Shown here: positions 31,189-43,470 of the stretch, piece by piece
How the letters are laid out: every line of letters starts with the position of its first letter
Position numbering within the stretch: position 1 is the stretch's first letter
Assembly: GCA_016926955.1 (NCBI GenBank)
Contig: JAFGNN010000046.1
Location: forward strand, 5,743-69,742
Direction: 5' to 3'
DNA length: 64,000 bases
DNA from: Spirochaetales bacterium
GTDB taxonomy: Bacteria; Spirochaetota; Spirochaetia; Treponematales; UBA12059
The notes under the pieces: model-generated
The model's input: only the letters and a program-made list of their open reading frames with translations
What the model was told of the DNA's origin: nothing
Databases searched by the model: none
Translations under genes and position numbers: made by a program

Positions 31189-32406
31189 TTGAAGAGAAAC
31201 CAACGCCTTTTGACGGCATGCGCGGCAATCCTCGCCACGGCCCTTGCCGCAGTCTCTTGCGCCCCCGAGGGCGCGCTCGAGCAGGTGCCGCGCGAGCAGC
31301 TGTTCACGCTCTCATACGGCGTCCTCGAGGACCAGCTGGACCTTTTCCGTTCGAGCTCCGCCGCCGCGCCTGCCAAAACGCGCCTGGCGATGCGAGACGG
31401 CATCTTCTTCGTCACCAACGGATCGTCCGGCAAGGTGCTTTCCTTCTCGTCCTTCGGCGACCTGCTCTCGCTCGTCTTCGATCCGGAACGCAATCCCGAG
31501 CCGCTTTCGCTCGAGGCCCTCGACCAGGGCGAGACGGGCACCGGCCGCGTGGCCCGCCGCTACCCGCTCGCCGCCCCCGGCGAGATCGCTGTCGGCGCGA
31601 ACGGCATCCTCTATGTCGAGGACCGTCTTCCCGCGGAGCGGCGGCTCGTCGACGAGGACATCGGCGTGCCGCTCGACTACGTCGTGCTGCGCTTCTCGCG
31701 CGAAGGATCCTTCCTCGACTTCCTGGGACAGGAAGGCCTCGGCGGAACTCCCTTCCCGTACATCGACGGGATATACCCGGTCGAAGGGGGCGGCTGCATG
31801 GTCGTCTCGATGACGAAGGACGGCTGGCTGGTCTTCAGCTTCGACGCCGACGGCGCCCTGCTCTCATCGGTCCGCATTCGCCGTTCCACGCTGCCGCAAC
31901 CCGAAGGGGAAAGGCTTTTCGCCAACCTCGAGAAGATCGTGGCCGATCCGGACGGAGAGGGCGCCTGGCTCAAGATAGACTACTACCGCGAACTCGTGGA
32001 AAAGGACACCATGGCCGGTTCCGGCGTCGCGTACGCGGGGTCGAGGCTTTACCTGATGGACCTCGAACGGGCGGCGTATTCCGAATCCATAGAGCTCCCC
32101 TCGGTCGAGTACGAGGACGACGAACCCGGCTCGGTCCCGCCGATCCATGAGCTGGTCGGCATTGACGCGGACGGACGCATCTACCTTTCCGCGACCGGCC
32201 TCGATGGATCCTTTACGGTATCCGTGCTGGATCGTGATTCCCGCCGTCCGAAGCGTTACGTGCTGCCGATCGAGCTCGACGAGCTCGAATACGCGACCTT
32301 CAACCTTTCCTCCGAGGGCATCCTGTCCGCCCTGCTTGCCACGCGTTTCGAAGCTCGCGTCGTCTGGTGGCGTTTCGACAAGGCTTTCGCCCCGACGCAG
32401 AAATGA
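31189..32406 (+). CDS. Lipoprotein of unknown function
   Basis: TTG start preceded by GAGAAGGAG. Lipobox LAAVSC. Coding-like codon bias. The 5' part of listed ORF 30004..32406 is antisense to secA. Confidence 0.62.
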   Translation: MKRNQRLLTACAAILATALAAVSCAPEGALEQVPREQLFTLSYGVLEDQLDLFRSSSAAAPAKTRLAMRDGIFFVTNGSSGKVLSFSSFGDLLSLVFDPERNPEPLSLEALDQGETGTGRVARRYPLAAPGEIAVGANGILYVEDRLPAERRLVDEDIGVPLDYVVLRFSREGSFLDFLGQEGLGGTPFPYIDGIYPVEGGGCMVVSMTKDGWLVFSFDADGALLSSVRIRRSTLPQPEGERLFANLEKIVADPDGEGAWLKIDYYRELVEKDTMAGSGVAYAGSRLYLMDLERAAYSESIELPSVEYEDDEPGSVPPIHELVGIDADGRIYLSATGLDGSFTVSVLDRDSRRPKRYVLPIELDELEYATFNLSSEGILSALLATRFEARVVWWRFDKAFAPTQK

Positions 32407-33968
32407 GACCGCTCCTCTCCAACGGGAAGAGCCTCGAGCTCGACGCCGAGGCGCTTGACTCGGCGGTCGAACCCGACGGGTTGATCGAACGTGCCGCGCG
32501 GGGCATGGCCGAGCGCCTGGCCCGCCTGTTGGACCGGTGCGCCGCGGACGCCCGGCCGCGGCCGCTCCGCGTTGTGGCCCTGGTCGGTCGCGGCTCGAAC
32601 GGAGCGGATGCCCTGGCGACGCTTCGCATCCTGAAAGAGGCGGGACGTCCCGAGTCGATGACGGCCGTGCTCGCGTTCTCTTGCGGCTCAGGAACCGGAG
32701 GCCCGGCGGTTTCGCAGCTGACCAGGCTCGAAGGTCTCGACATCGAGACGCTCGAGTACCACTCCGAGAGCGTGCGTTGCAGCGCCGCCATCCGCGCCGC
32801 GGGCGTCGTGGTCGAGGGGCTTGCCGGCACGGGCGCCGCCGGAAACCTCAAGGAACCCGCGAGGACCCTGGTCGGCCTCGCGAACTCGTCGGCCGCCCTT
32901 CGCGTCGCGGTTGACCTGCCCGCCGGCCTCGCTTCGGACGCGGAGCGCTTTGCCGCGGGCGTTACGCTCATGGTCGCGCCGTTCAAGGAGCTCGCGTTCA
33001 GACCCTCGCGCCGCGCAGCGTGCGGAACGATACTGCCCGTCGACAACGTGTTCGGGCCCGGTGCGGGAGCCGCCGCCGAACTCAGACTGGCGGAAGCTGC
33101 CGACCTGCCCCTCCTGGTTCCGCGCCTGGCGCCCGACGACCACAAGGGCCGAAGAGGGCGGGTGGGCATCTGGGCGGGGGCGGTCGGCACCACGGGCGCC
33201 GCGAGCCTCGCTTGCGCCGGTTCGGTCGCGGCCGGTTGCGGCCTCGCCCGCCTTCGGGTGCGCGGAGAAATATGGCAGGCTCTGGCCGCGCGCCTCGAGG
33301 ACGGACTCGTGGCGCCGCTGGCGTCATGCGACGAAGAACGTGACTTCGCCGCGGGCATGCACGCGCTGCTGGCCGGTCCCGGCTGGGGCGTGGACGAAGG
33401 CTCGGCGGACCTGCTCGACGCGCTCCTGTGCAGCGAACGACCCCTCGTCCTGGACGCCGACGCGCTGGTACTCCTCGAACGAGCGGCGAGGGAGATCCGG
33501 CGCGAGGCTCCCCTCGTCCTCACGCCACACCCCGGAGAGCTCGCCCGGCTCGGAGACGTTTCCGTCGATGCCGTCCTCGAAGATCCGCGTAGCGTGGCGA
33601 GCAGCGTGGCCGTCCGTTTCGGGGCAGTCGTCTGCGTGCGAGCCGTCACCACCTGGGTGCTCCGGCCCGACGGGACGGCCTTGGTCGTGGACGGCCTGGA
33701 GCCCAGCCTGGCTGTCGCCGGTTCGGGCGACGTATTCGCGGGCCTTCTGGCCGGGCTCCTCGCGCGCGCCAGCGCGGGCGATCCGGAGCGCTTCGAACCG
33801 GCCGCTCTCGCGGCCGCCGCCGCGCTGGCCCACGCTTCAGCCGGAAGGTCCCTGGCCCGTCGACGGGGTTTCTACGGAGCCTCGGAGCTCGCCGCCGAAG
33901 CCGCGCGTATCATCCACGGGGCATCGACAGCCGAATCTTCGATTCACGGATGGAGGCCGAAGCCATGA
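32403..33968 (+). CDS. nnr: Bifunctional NAD(P)H-hydrate repair enzyme Nnr (YjeF_N epimerase plus carbohydrate-kinase-like dehydratase)
   Basis: VGRGSNGADALA (YjeF_N), HKGRRGRVGIWAGAVGTTGAASLA, and GSGDVFAGLLAGLLA (dehydratase). ATGA overlap with the upstream stop. Confidence 0.87.
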   Translation: MRPLLSNGKSLELDAEALDSAVEPDGLIERAARGMAERLARLLDRCAADARPRPLRVVALVGRGSNGADALATLRILKEAGRPESMTAVLAFSCGSGTGGPAVSQLTRLEGLDIETLEYHSESVRCSAAIRAAGVVVEGLAGTGAAGNLKEPARTLVGLANSSAALRVAVDLPAGLASDAERFAAGVTLMVAPFKELAFRPSRRAACGTILPVDNVFGPGAGAAAELRLAEAADLPLLVPRLAPDDHKGRRGRVGIWAGAVGTTGAASLACAGSVAAGCGLARLRVRGEIWQALAARLEDGLVAPLASCDEERDFAAGMHALLAGPGWGVDEGSADLLDALLCSERPLVLDADALVLLERAAREIRREAPLVLTPHPGELARLGDVSVDAVLEDPRSVASSVAVRFGAVVCVRAVTTWVLRPDGTALVVDGLEPSLAVAGSGDVFAGLLAGLLARASAGDPERFEPAALAAAAALAHASAGRSLARRRGFYGASELAAEAARIIHGASTAESSIHGWRPKP

Positions 33969-34495
33969 GCGATGGCGACGAGCAGACACATCTCATGCGT
34001 TACGACCGGAGCAGCCGGCTCTCGCGCGCCAGCGCCGACGTGCGCTGGCTGTCGTCCCTCGATCCTTCGAAGCGGCCCGGGGTTCTCGGCGCCCTCGTCG
34101 CGACGCGCAGCCTGCGCTTCATCGCCTTCGCAGCGATCCTCGCGGCCATCTCCTTCGGAATCGTATCGTTCGCGCTGGGCGACAAGGCCCGCGCTAACCT
34201 GGCCGGTTCGGTTTGGACCCTATCGGCCCTCCCGCATCAGGGGGACGCCTTCGCGACGGTCCTCCGTACCGGAAAGACAGACGCCGTGGCCGGCCTTCCA
34301 CTGAGCATCGAGCTCGGGGCGTCAGGCTTGACGTCGCGGGCGGCTCTCGAAGCCTTCACCGATGCCGAGCGCTCGCAGGAATTCTACCTGGTCTTGCGCG
34401 GCGCCGGAAAGTCCGATCGCCTCACGGCCAGGATCGTGCTCGAAGGCGAATCGATCGAACTTTCCGCTGACCTGCGTCGCTCCGGCGCGCCTTGA
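33965..34495 (+). CDS. Hypothetical single-pass membrane protein
   Basis: The ATG overlaps the nnr stop (ATGA). One clear TM segment, FIAFAAILAAISFGIVSFALG. No recognisable family. Confidence 0.5.
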   Translation: MSDGDEQTHLMRYDRSSRLSRASADVRWLSSLDPSKRPGVLGALVATRSLRFIAFAAILAAISFGIVSFALGDKARANLAGSVWTLSALPHQGDAFATVLRTGKTDAVAGLPLSIELGASGLTSRAALEAFTDAERSQEFYLVLRGAGKSDRLTARIVLEGESIELSADLRRSGAP

Positions 34496-34606
34496 CCCGG
34501 GGATACGTGCGCGCTATGGTGAATCCGGCGGCATGTTGAAGCAACCGTCGCGCCACGACCAGCCGCCGCGCGCTTACCCGAAAAGCTTCCTCATGGAGCA
34601 CGACGC

Positions 34607-35017
34607 ATGATCCAGTTCTACGCCCTGAGCGTCTTCCTCACCATTATCTCGGGGTACGCGCTCGTATCCCGGGACTCGCCGTCGCGCGGCACGGCCACGG
34701 ACGGCATCAGGAGCTTCCTTTCCGACCGCATCGTCCGCCTGATACTCGGGATAATGGGGGCATCCGTAGGATTCTTCAAGCTGCTCGCCGTCATGCGGGG
34801 GGACATACCCGTCGTCGGAGACCTGCTCCCGGCACTCGCCGGCCTGGGCGCGGGCTTCACCCTGTTGCTCGAGTTTTACGGAGACAGCTCTGAGGTGAAG
34901 AGCGAACTGGTAGCCAGGCTCGAGGGAATTCTGCTCGACAGGAAGCGCATAATTGGCGTCGCGTCTATGGTGACGGGCTTCGTTCACTTTCTTTTCGCCC
35001 AGGTGATCTTCCTCTAG
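34607..35017 (+). CDS. Hypothetical integral membrane protein (about 4 TM)
   Basis: Hydrophobic segments FYALSVFLTIISGYALV, LILGIMGASVGFFKLLAV, LLPALAGLGAGFTLLLEF, GVASMVTGFVHFLFAQVIFL. Confidence 0.55.
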   Translation: MIQFYALSVFLTIISGYALVSRDSPSRGTATDGIRSFLSDRIVRLILGIMGASVGFFKLLAVMRGDIPVVGDLLPALAGLGAGFTLLLEFYGDSSEVKSELVARLEGILLDRKRIIGVASMVTGFVHFLFAQVIFL

Positions 35018-35394
35018 TGGAAGCGCGCTCGGTAGCCGGCATTGTCCGAAGGGATGGGCGCGTGCTGGTCGGACGACGCAAGCCGGGCGGGGAGCTCGGC
35101 GGCCGCTGGGAATTCCCCGGAGGAAAGATGGAAGCCGGAGAAACGCCCGCCCAGACCCTCAAGAGAGAATACCTGGAGGAACTCGGCGTCGACGTGGAAG
35201 TAGGCGAGTTGCTCGGCGAAACCGAGTTCCGTTATCGCGAACGATGCTTCACGCTCCAGGCCTGGTCTGTGAGCCTCTCCGCCGAGCCTCGGGAACATCC
35301 GGAACACGACGAGCTACGCTGGGTGCCGGTCGAAACCCTCGGAAGCCTCGACCTGGCCGAATCCGACCGGGGTCTGCTGCCTTTCCTGTCCTGA
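35017..35394 (+). CDS. NUDIX hydrolase (MutT-like (d)NTP pyrophosphohydrolase)
   Basis: Nudix box GRWEFPGGKMEAGETPAQTLKREYLEELGV. The GTG start overlaps the upstream TAG by 1 nt. Confidence 0.8.
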   Translation: MEARSVAGIVRRDGRVLVGRRKPGGELGGRWEFPGGKMEAGETPAQTLKREYLEELGVDVEVGELLGETEFRYRERCFTLQAWSVSLSAEPREHPEHDELRWVPVETLGSLDLAESDRGLLPFLS

Positions 35395-35406
35395 ACCGTT
35401 TGCCGC

Positions 35407-35428
35407 CGGCGCGCGGTTCGGCGCGCCG
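35407..35428. terminator. GC hairpin between the convergent NUDIX gene and xseB (possible bidirectional terminator; no U-tract)
   Basis: CGGCGCGC (35407-35414) pairs with GCGCGCCG (35421-35428) around a 6-nt loop. Confidence 0.35.
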
Positions 35429-35451
35429 ATCAGGCTCCGGGCAGCCGCGTC

Positions 35452-35685
35452 TCAGTCGGCGTCGCGCTCGAAAAGCTCGAGTGCCGGCTCGGCCGCCTCG
35501 TCCGCGCTCTTCGTCGTCAGGATCTCCACCTTCGACTCGATGCGCGCGAGTTCCTTTTCGAGCCCCTTCGCCAGCTTGATGCCTTCCTCGAACACGGAGA
35601 GCGCTTCCTCGAGGGGCAGGGAAGGCGTGCGGATCGTCTCCGCGAGCTCCTCGAGCCGCTCGAGGCGTTCTTCGAAATTCTTCAT
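35452..35685 (-). CDS. xseB: Exodeoxyribonuclease VII small subunit
   Basis: FEERLERLEELAETIRTPSLPLEEALSVFEEGIKLAKGLEKEL matches the XseB consensus. Confidence 0.88.
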   Translation of the reverse strand: MKNFEERLERLEELAETIRTPSLPLEEALSVFEEGIKLAKGLEKELARIESKVEILTTKSADEAAEPALELFERDAD

Positions 35686-36883
35686 GATCGTATCTCCTCG
35701 ACTGTCGCGGAAGCTGATCCGCGGGCGAACCGGATCGAAAGACGCGAGCCGCGCTCGAGCCCGGCGCTGCCCCTCAGGGCGGTCCCCGGATTATCGGCGC
35801 GGGTGACGACGGCGAAACCGCGCCCGAGGACCGCGTCCGGATCAGAGGCCTCCAGGGCGCCCCGGGCGAGCTCGATGCGGTGCCGGGCCTCGCGGACGGA
35901 AGCCCCGAGGGCTTCGACCAGGCACTCCTTACCGTCGTCGAGCCTGAGCAGCAACGGCTGCATGATGCGGCGGAACTGGAGCTCGAGCGATTCGGGCCGG
36001 AAGCGGTCGATGGCCAGTCGAGCCCGCTCGAGACGGCCGCGCAGGGTGTCTTCCAGTCGGCCCGTGGCGTCGGCGATGGCCTCGAGAAGTTCATGCCTTC
36101 CCATCGATACGAATTCCGCCGCTGCCGTCGGAGTGGCTGCGCGGAAATCCGCGGCGTAGTCGCTCAGGGCCCAGTCTATCTCGTGGCCGACGGCGCTGAT
36201 GACGGGTACGGCCGAACCGGCGACCGCGCGCACCACTTCCTCGTCAGAAAAGGCCAGCAGGTCCTCGAGCGAGCCGCCGCCGCGTCCGACGATGAGGACT
36301 TCAGCAAGCCCGTGCGCGTTGGCGTAGCGGATGCGCGCCGCGATTTCCCCGGGCGCTTCCGTCCCCTGGACGGCTGCCGGTAGTATTATCACGTCGCAGG
36401 CGGCGTCGCGACGCGCGAGGGTCGAGAGGATATCGCGGATCGCGGCGCCGGTCGGACTCGTGACTACGCCAACCCGTCGCGGCAAACGGGGGATGGGGCG
36501 TTTGCGATCATCGTCGAAGAGTCCTTCCGAAGAAAGGCGCTTCTTACGCTCCTCGAGGGCGGCCAGCAGGTCGCCTTCGCCCGCGCGCTCCATGGACTCG
36601 ACGATAAGCTGGTAGCGGCCGCGCGCCGCGTAGACCGAAAGAGCGCCTCCGGCCCGGACGAGCAGGCCGTCCCGAGGCGCGAAGGCCAGCCGTCCGGCGC
36701 GACCCCGGAACATCACGGCGTCCAGTTGGCTTTCGCGGTCCTTGAGCGTGAAGTACACGTGGCCCGAGCTGGCCGGGCGCCAGTTGGATATCTCGCCCTC
36801 GACCAGTACTGCGGGGAAGCCGTCCTCGAGCGTCGTTTTCACGAGGAGCGTGAGTTCGGAGACGCTGAGAGGGCGGACGGCGT

Positions 36884-36887
<4 letters not shown>
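35682..36887 (-). CDS. xseA: Exodeoxyribonuclease VII large subunit
   Basis: LSVSELTLLVKTTLEDGFPAVLVEGEISNWRPASSGHVYFTLKD (OB fold) plus a catalytic and coiled-coil region. ATG 36887 overlaps the lon stop (ATGA). The rest of listed ORF 35682..37433 is out-of-frame overlap with lon. Confidence 0.9.
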
Positions 36888-40504
<3,617 letters not shown>

Positions 40505-40527
<23 letters not shown>

Positions 40528-41125
40528 GCTTCCTCCGTTCCAGCACCTTGTCCACGAGGCCGTAGGCGAGTGCCTCGTCCGCGGACATGTAGAAGTCGCG
40601 CTCCATGTCCTTCGCGACCGCCTCGGGCGTCTTGCCCGCGTGCAGGGCGAAGTATTCGATGGTCAGCTTCTTGAGGCGGACGATCTCGCGGGCCTGGAGG
40701 CCGATGTCGGAAGCCTGGCCCTGCACGCCGCCCCAGGGCTGGTGGATCAGCACGCGGGAGGAGGGAAGGGCGAAGCGCTTGCCGGCCGTGCCGCCGGCCA
40801 GGATCAGCGCGCCCATGCTGGACGCCTGCCCGACGCAGATGGTCTTCACGTCGGGCTTGATGTACTGCATGGTGTCGTAGATGGCCAGGCCGGCCGTCAC
40901 CGAGCCGCCGGGGGAGTTCACGTAGATGTCGATGTCCTTCTCGGGGTCCTGCGACTCGAGGAAGAGGAGCTGCGCGACCACGAGGTCGGCGACGAGATCG
41001 TTGATCTCGCCGTCGACGAACACGATGCGGTCCTTGAGGAGGCGCGAGTAGATGTCGTACGAACGCTCTCCGATGCCCGTCTGCTCGATGACGATGGGCA
41101 CCAGGTTGTGCATTTTCTCGTTCAT
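40505..41125 (-). CDS. clpP: ATP-dependent Clp protease proteolytic subunit ClpP
   Basis: [28 protein letters not shown], catalytic GQASSMGA, and HQPWGG. Confidence 0.97.
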
Positions 41126-41145
41126 GCGTTACCTCGGCCTATAGG

Positions 41146-42504
41146 TTACTCATTCGCCTCGAACAAGTCCACGAAGGCCTTCTTCTTGCCCTTCTTGAGC
41201 TTGCCCGCGGTGATGATGTCGCTCATGAGCTTGTCTTCGCGGACACGGTCCTTGAGGTAGTCGACCATGCCGCGCTTTTCGTACTCGGCCTTGACTTCCG
41301 CGACGGAGAGGGCGCCGTCGCCGGCCATCTTGGCGTACTCGGCTTCGAGGTCCGCGTCGCTCGTCTCGTACTTGCCGTCGGCCACGAGCTTCTCGAGCAC
41401 GAGCCGCGTCTTGAGCGCCTTCTCGGCGGACGGGCGCCACTCGGCGAAGAGCCCCGCCTTGTCATGGCCTGAGTTCTCGACAATGCGGTCCATGCGGTCC
41501 TCGTCCTCGATGCCCATCTGCCGCATCAGGTCGCGCCAGCGCATGCCCACCTCGGCCGCGACCATGGACTCCGGCAGCTCGACGGTGGAGCGCTCGAGCA
41601 GGGCGTCGACGATGGCCTGCTCCTTGAGCGAGCGCAGGCGCTGCTCGAGCTGGGACTCCAGGTGGCGGCGGACGTCGGCGCGGAGGTCCGCGAGGGTCTT
41701 GAACTTCTCGGAAACGTCCTGGGCGAGCTCGTCGTCCAGGTCGGGCAGCTTGCGCGACTTGATCTGGGTTACCTTAACCGCGAGTCGCTTGGTCGAACCG
41801 GCGAGCTCGGGGTATTCGAAGTCGGCGGGGTAGGCCTTTTCGAAGTTTTTCTCCTCGCCCTTCTTCATGCCGACGACTTCATCGTCCATCTTGTAGAGGT
41901 TGTGGCCCGTGCCGAGCTCGAAGACGAAGTCCTGGCGCTCGCTCTCGGCGACGGTCGCTCCGGACGCATCCAGCTCGCGATAGTCGACGGTGACGATGTC
42001 GCCTTTGGCGGCTTTCGCGCCCTCGTCCTTCTCGACCACCACGGCGTTGCGCTCGCGGATGCGCTCGAGCTCGCGGTCCTCGTCGGCCTTGGCCACCTCG
42101 ACGGCGGGCAGTTCGATCTCGATGCCCTTCCAGTCGCCGGCGTTTACCGTCGGGAAAATGTCGTAGACGATGGAGAAGGAGAATTCCGAGCCGGGCTTGA
42201 ACTCGGGCCGGCCCTCGAGCTCGGGGTGGTCGTAGGCGAGGGGACGTTCCTCGACGCCTTCGAGCGCTTCCTCGACCGCCTTGTCCATGACGCGTCCCAT
42301 GGCCTCGATGCGGAGTTCCTCGCCGTATTTCCGTTCCAGGATAGTCGCGGGCACCTTGCCGGGTCGGAAGCCATCGACCCGGGCGTTGCGCGCGTACTCG
42401 ACGAGAAGCTCGTCGTAGGCCTTGCGGGTATCCTCGCCTGAAACGGTGACTTCGAGGCGGGCGCGGGAGCGTTCGAGGCGCTCGATCTTCTTGGCGGCTA
42501 CCAT
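41146..42504 (-). CDS. tig: Trigger factor
   Basis: MVAAKKIERLERSRARLEVTV...FRPGKVPATILERKYG is the N-terminal ribosome-binding signature, followed by FKBP-like and C-terminal domains. I chose ATG 42504; the upstream extension of the listed ORF runs into the tRNA terminator. Confidence 0.93.
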   Translation of the reverse strand: MVAAKKIERLERSRARLEVTVSGEDTRKAYDELLVEYARNARVDGFRPGKVPATILERKYGEELRIEAMGRVMDKAVEEALEGVEERPLAYDHPELEGRPEFKPGSEFSFSIVYDIFPTVNAGDWKGIEIELPAVEVAKADEDRELERIRERNAVVVEKDEGAKAAKGDIVTVDYRELDASGATVAESERQDFVFELGTGHNLYKMDDEVVGMKKGEEKNFEKAYPADFEYPELAGSTKRLAVKVTQIKSRKLPDLDDELAQDVSEKFKTLADLRADVRRHLESQLEQRLRSLKEQAIVDALLERSTVELPESMVAAEVGMRWRDLMRQMGIEDEDRMDRIVENSGHDKAGLFAEWRPSAEKALKTRLVLEKLVADGKYETSDADLEAEYAKMAGDGALSVAEVKAEYEKRGMVDYLKDRVREDKLMSDIITAGKLKKGKKKAFVDLFEANE

Positions 42505-42565
42505 GGCTATCCTCTCTCGGGAACTGGGGGTTTCGGTCCTGCGTAGGCCTGACTGGAGGCTACGG

Positions 42566-42610
42566 AAAAAACAAAAAAAGAAGGCGATCCGAATGGCTCC
42601 GGATCGCCTT
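42566..42610 (-). terminator. Rho-independent terminator of the tRNA operon
   Basis: On the minus strand, AAGGCGATCCG / CGGATCGCCTT forms an 11-bp stem (42581-42610) followed by TTTTTTTGTTTTT (complement of 42566-42579). Confidence 0.7.
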
Positions 42611-42618
42611 CGCTCTCG

Positions 42619-42690
42619 AGCGGGAAACGGGAGTCGGACCCGCGACATCCACCTTGGCAAGGTGGCGCTCTACCACTGAGCTATTCCCGC
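42619..42690 (-). tRNA. tRNA-Gly (anticodon GCC), no encoded CCA
   Basis: GCGGGAATAGCTCAGTGGTAGAGCGCCACCTTGCCAAGGTGGATGTCGCGGGTCCGACTCCCGTTTCCCGCT folds as a canonical cloverleaf with anticodon loop TTGCCAA. Confidence 0.9.
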
Positions 42691-42725
42691 ATGTACCGCC
42701 CCGCGGACGCATCGGCGAAGCTCGA

Positions 42726-42807
42726 TGCGAGAGAAGGGACTTGAACCCTCATGCCGTTAGGCACCGGAACCTAAATCCGGCGTGTCTGCCAGTTTCACCA
42801 CTCTCGC
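42726..42807 (-). tRNA. tRNA-Leu (anticodon UAG), class II with a long variable arm, no encoded CCA
   Basis: Acceptor GCGAGAG/CTCTCGC, anticodon arm CCGGA-TTTAGGT-TCCGG, long variable arm, T-arm GAGGG-TTCAAGT-CCCTT. Confidence 0.9.
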
Positions 42808-42941
42808 ACGGTGCCTTTCGGCGAACGTACGGTAACGGTTTCCGGCGGACCGTGTCAAGCGGAACCTCCTTCGAGGCGCCGACCGGCACGTTCGCAAGGG
42901 CGGAACCTTCCTTCGGGCTTGCGCCTTACGGTCGGTTCCTT

Positions 42942-43014
42942 TGAGCCGCGCAGGGATCGAACCTGCGACCCGCAGATTAAGAGTCTGCTGCTCTACCAGC
43001 TGAGCTAGCGGCCC
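42942..43014 (-). tRNA. tRNA-Lys (anticodon CUU), no encoded CCA
   Basis: GGGCCGCTAGCTCAGCTGGTAGAGCAGCAGACTCTTAATCTGCGGGTCGCAGGTTCGATCCCTGCGCGGCTCA; anticodon loop CTCTTAA. Confidence 0.9.
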
Positions 43015-43029
43015 GGAACAAACTACCAA

Positions 43030-43103
43030 TGCGTCCGACAGGAGTCGAACCTGCGACCTACGGATTCGAAGTCCGTCGCTCTATCCAGCTGAGCTACGAA
43101 CGC
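43030..43103 (-). tRNA. tRNA-Arg (anticodon UCG), no encoded CCA
   Basis: GCGTTCGTAGCTCAGCTGGATAGAGCGACGGACTTCGAATCCGTAGGTCGCAGGTTCGACTCCTGTCGGACGCA; anticodon loop CTTCGAA. Confidence 0.9.
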
Positions 43104-43145
43104 ATCTTTCGGCCAAGGCTCGGGCCCTTCGCGGTGGCGAAGCCG

Positions 43146-43219
43146 GGTGGGTGACGGGTCTTGAACCCGCGACACCCAGATCCACAGTCTGGTGCTCTAC
43201 CTGCTGAGCTACACCCACC
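43146..43219 (-). tRNA. tRNA-His (anticodon GUG) with genome-encoded G-1, no encoded CCA
   Basis: G-GTGGGTG...CACCCAC-C, where the extra 5' G pairs with C73. Anticodon loop CTGTGGA; T-arm GCGGG-TTCAAGA-CCCGT. Confidence 0.9.
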
Positions 43220-43241
43220 GTGCCGTGCACTTGGTGAGTGA

Positions 43242-43270
43242 ACAATGCCAGAATCGCATTTCTTTGTCAA
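43242..43270 (-). promoter_or_regulatory. Sigma70-like promoter of the tRNA operon (TTGACA-17-CATTGT, preceded by TG) with upstream A/T tracts
   Basis: On the minus strand, TTGACA is the complement of 43265-43270 and the -10 is the complement of 43242-43247. A9 and T6 tracts at 43284-43312 resemble an UP element in an otherwise GC-rich context. Confidence 0.45.
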
Positions 43271-43470
43271 GCGAGCCGAAATCGAAAAAACTGGCGCGAA
43301 GCGTTTTTTTTTCCTTTCCAGGAAGTCTGGCACGGTTTCTTGATTCCTTATCAAGGAAGGGGAAAACGACGGGCTTGAGCCGCGCGCTCGCTTCGCTTTT
43401 TCAGGGGGGCCCGCCCGACCCTGGCCGGCGGCGCCTCGCGGGCCAGGCGGCGCAGGCGATCGCGCCACGC

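Noticed and set aside
34533-34610. 25-codon mini-ORF (MLKQPSRHDQPPRAYPKSFLMEHDA) whose stop overlaps the ATG of the downstream membrane-protein gene
   Set aside because: It has no SD and no distinctive composition, and I cannot assess conservation. It is too weak to call as a leader peptide.
42808-42941. Possible SRP (4.5S) RNA in the tRNA-operon spacer, because of a CCCGAAGGAAGG segment
   Set aside because: The conserved domain IV features (GGAA tetraloop closed by CC/GG and the AGCA-containing 3' strand) are not present. I keep it only as an unexplained spacer.
43311-43340. GGAAGTCTGG resembling the RNase P RNA GGAAAGTCCGG box in the 250-nt gap upstream of the tRNA promoter
   Set aside because: The match is imperfect and the intergenic region is too short for a bacterial RNase P RNA. 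The A/T tracts there are better explained as promoter UP-element-like sequence.
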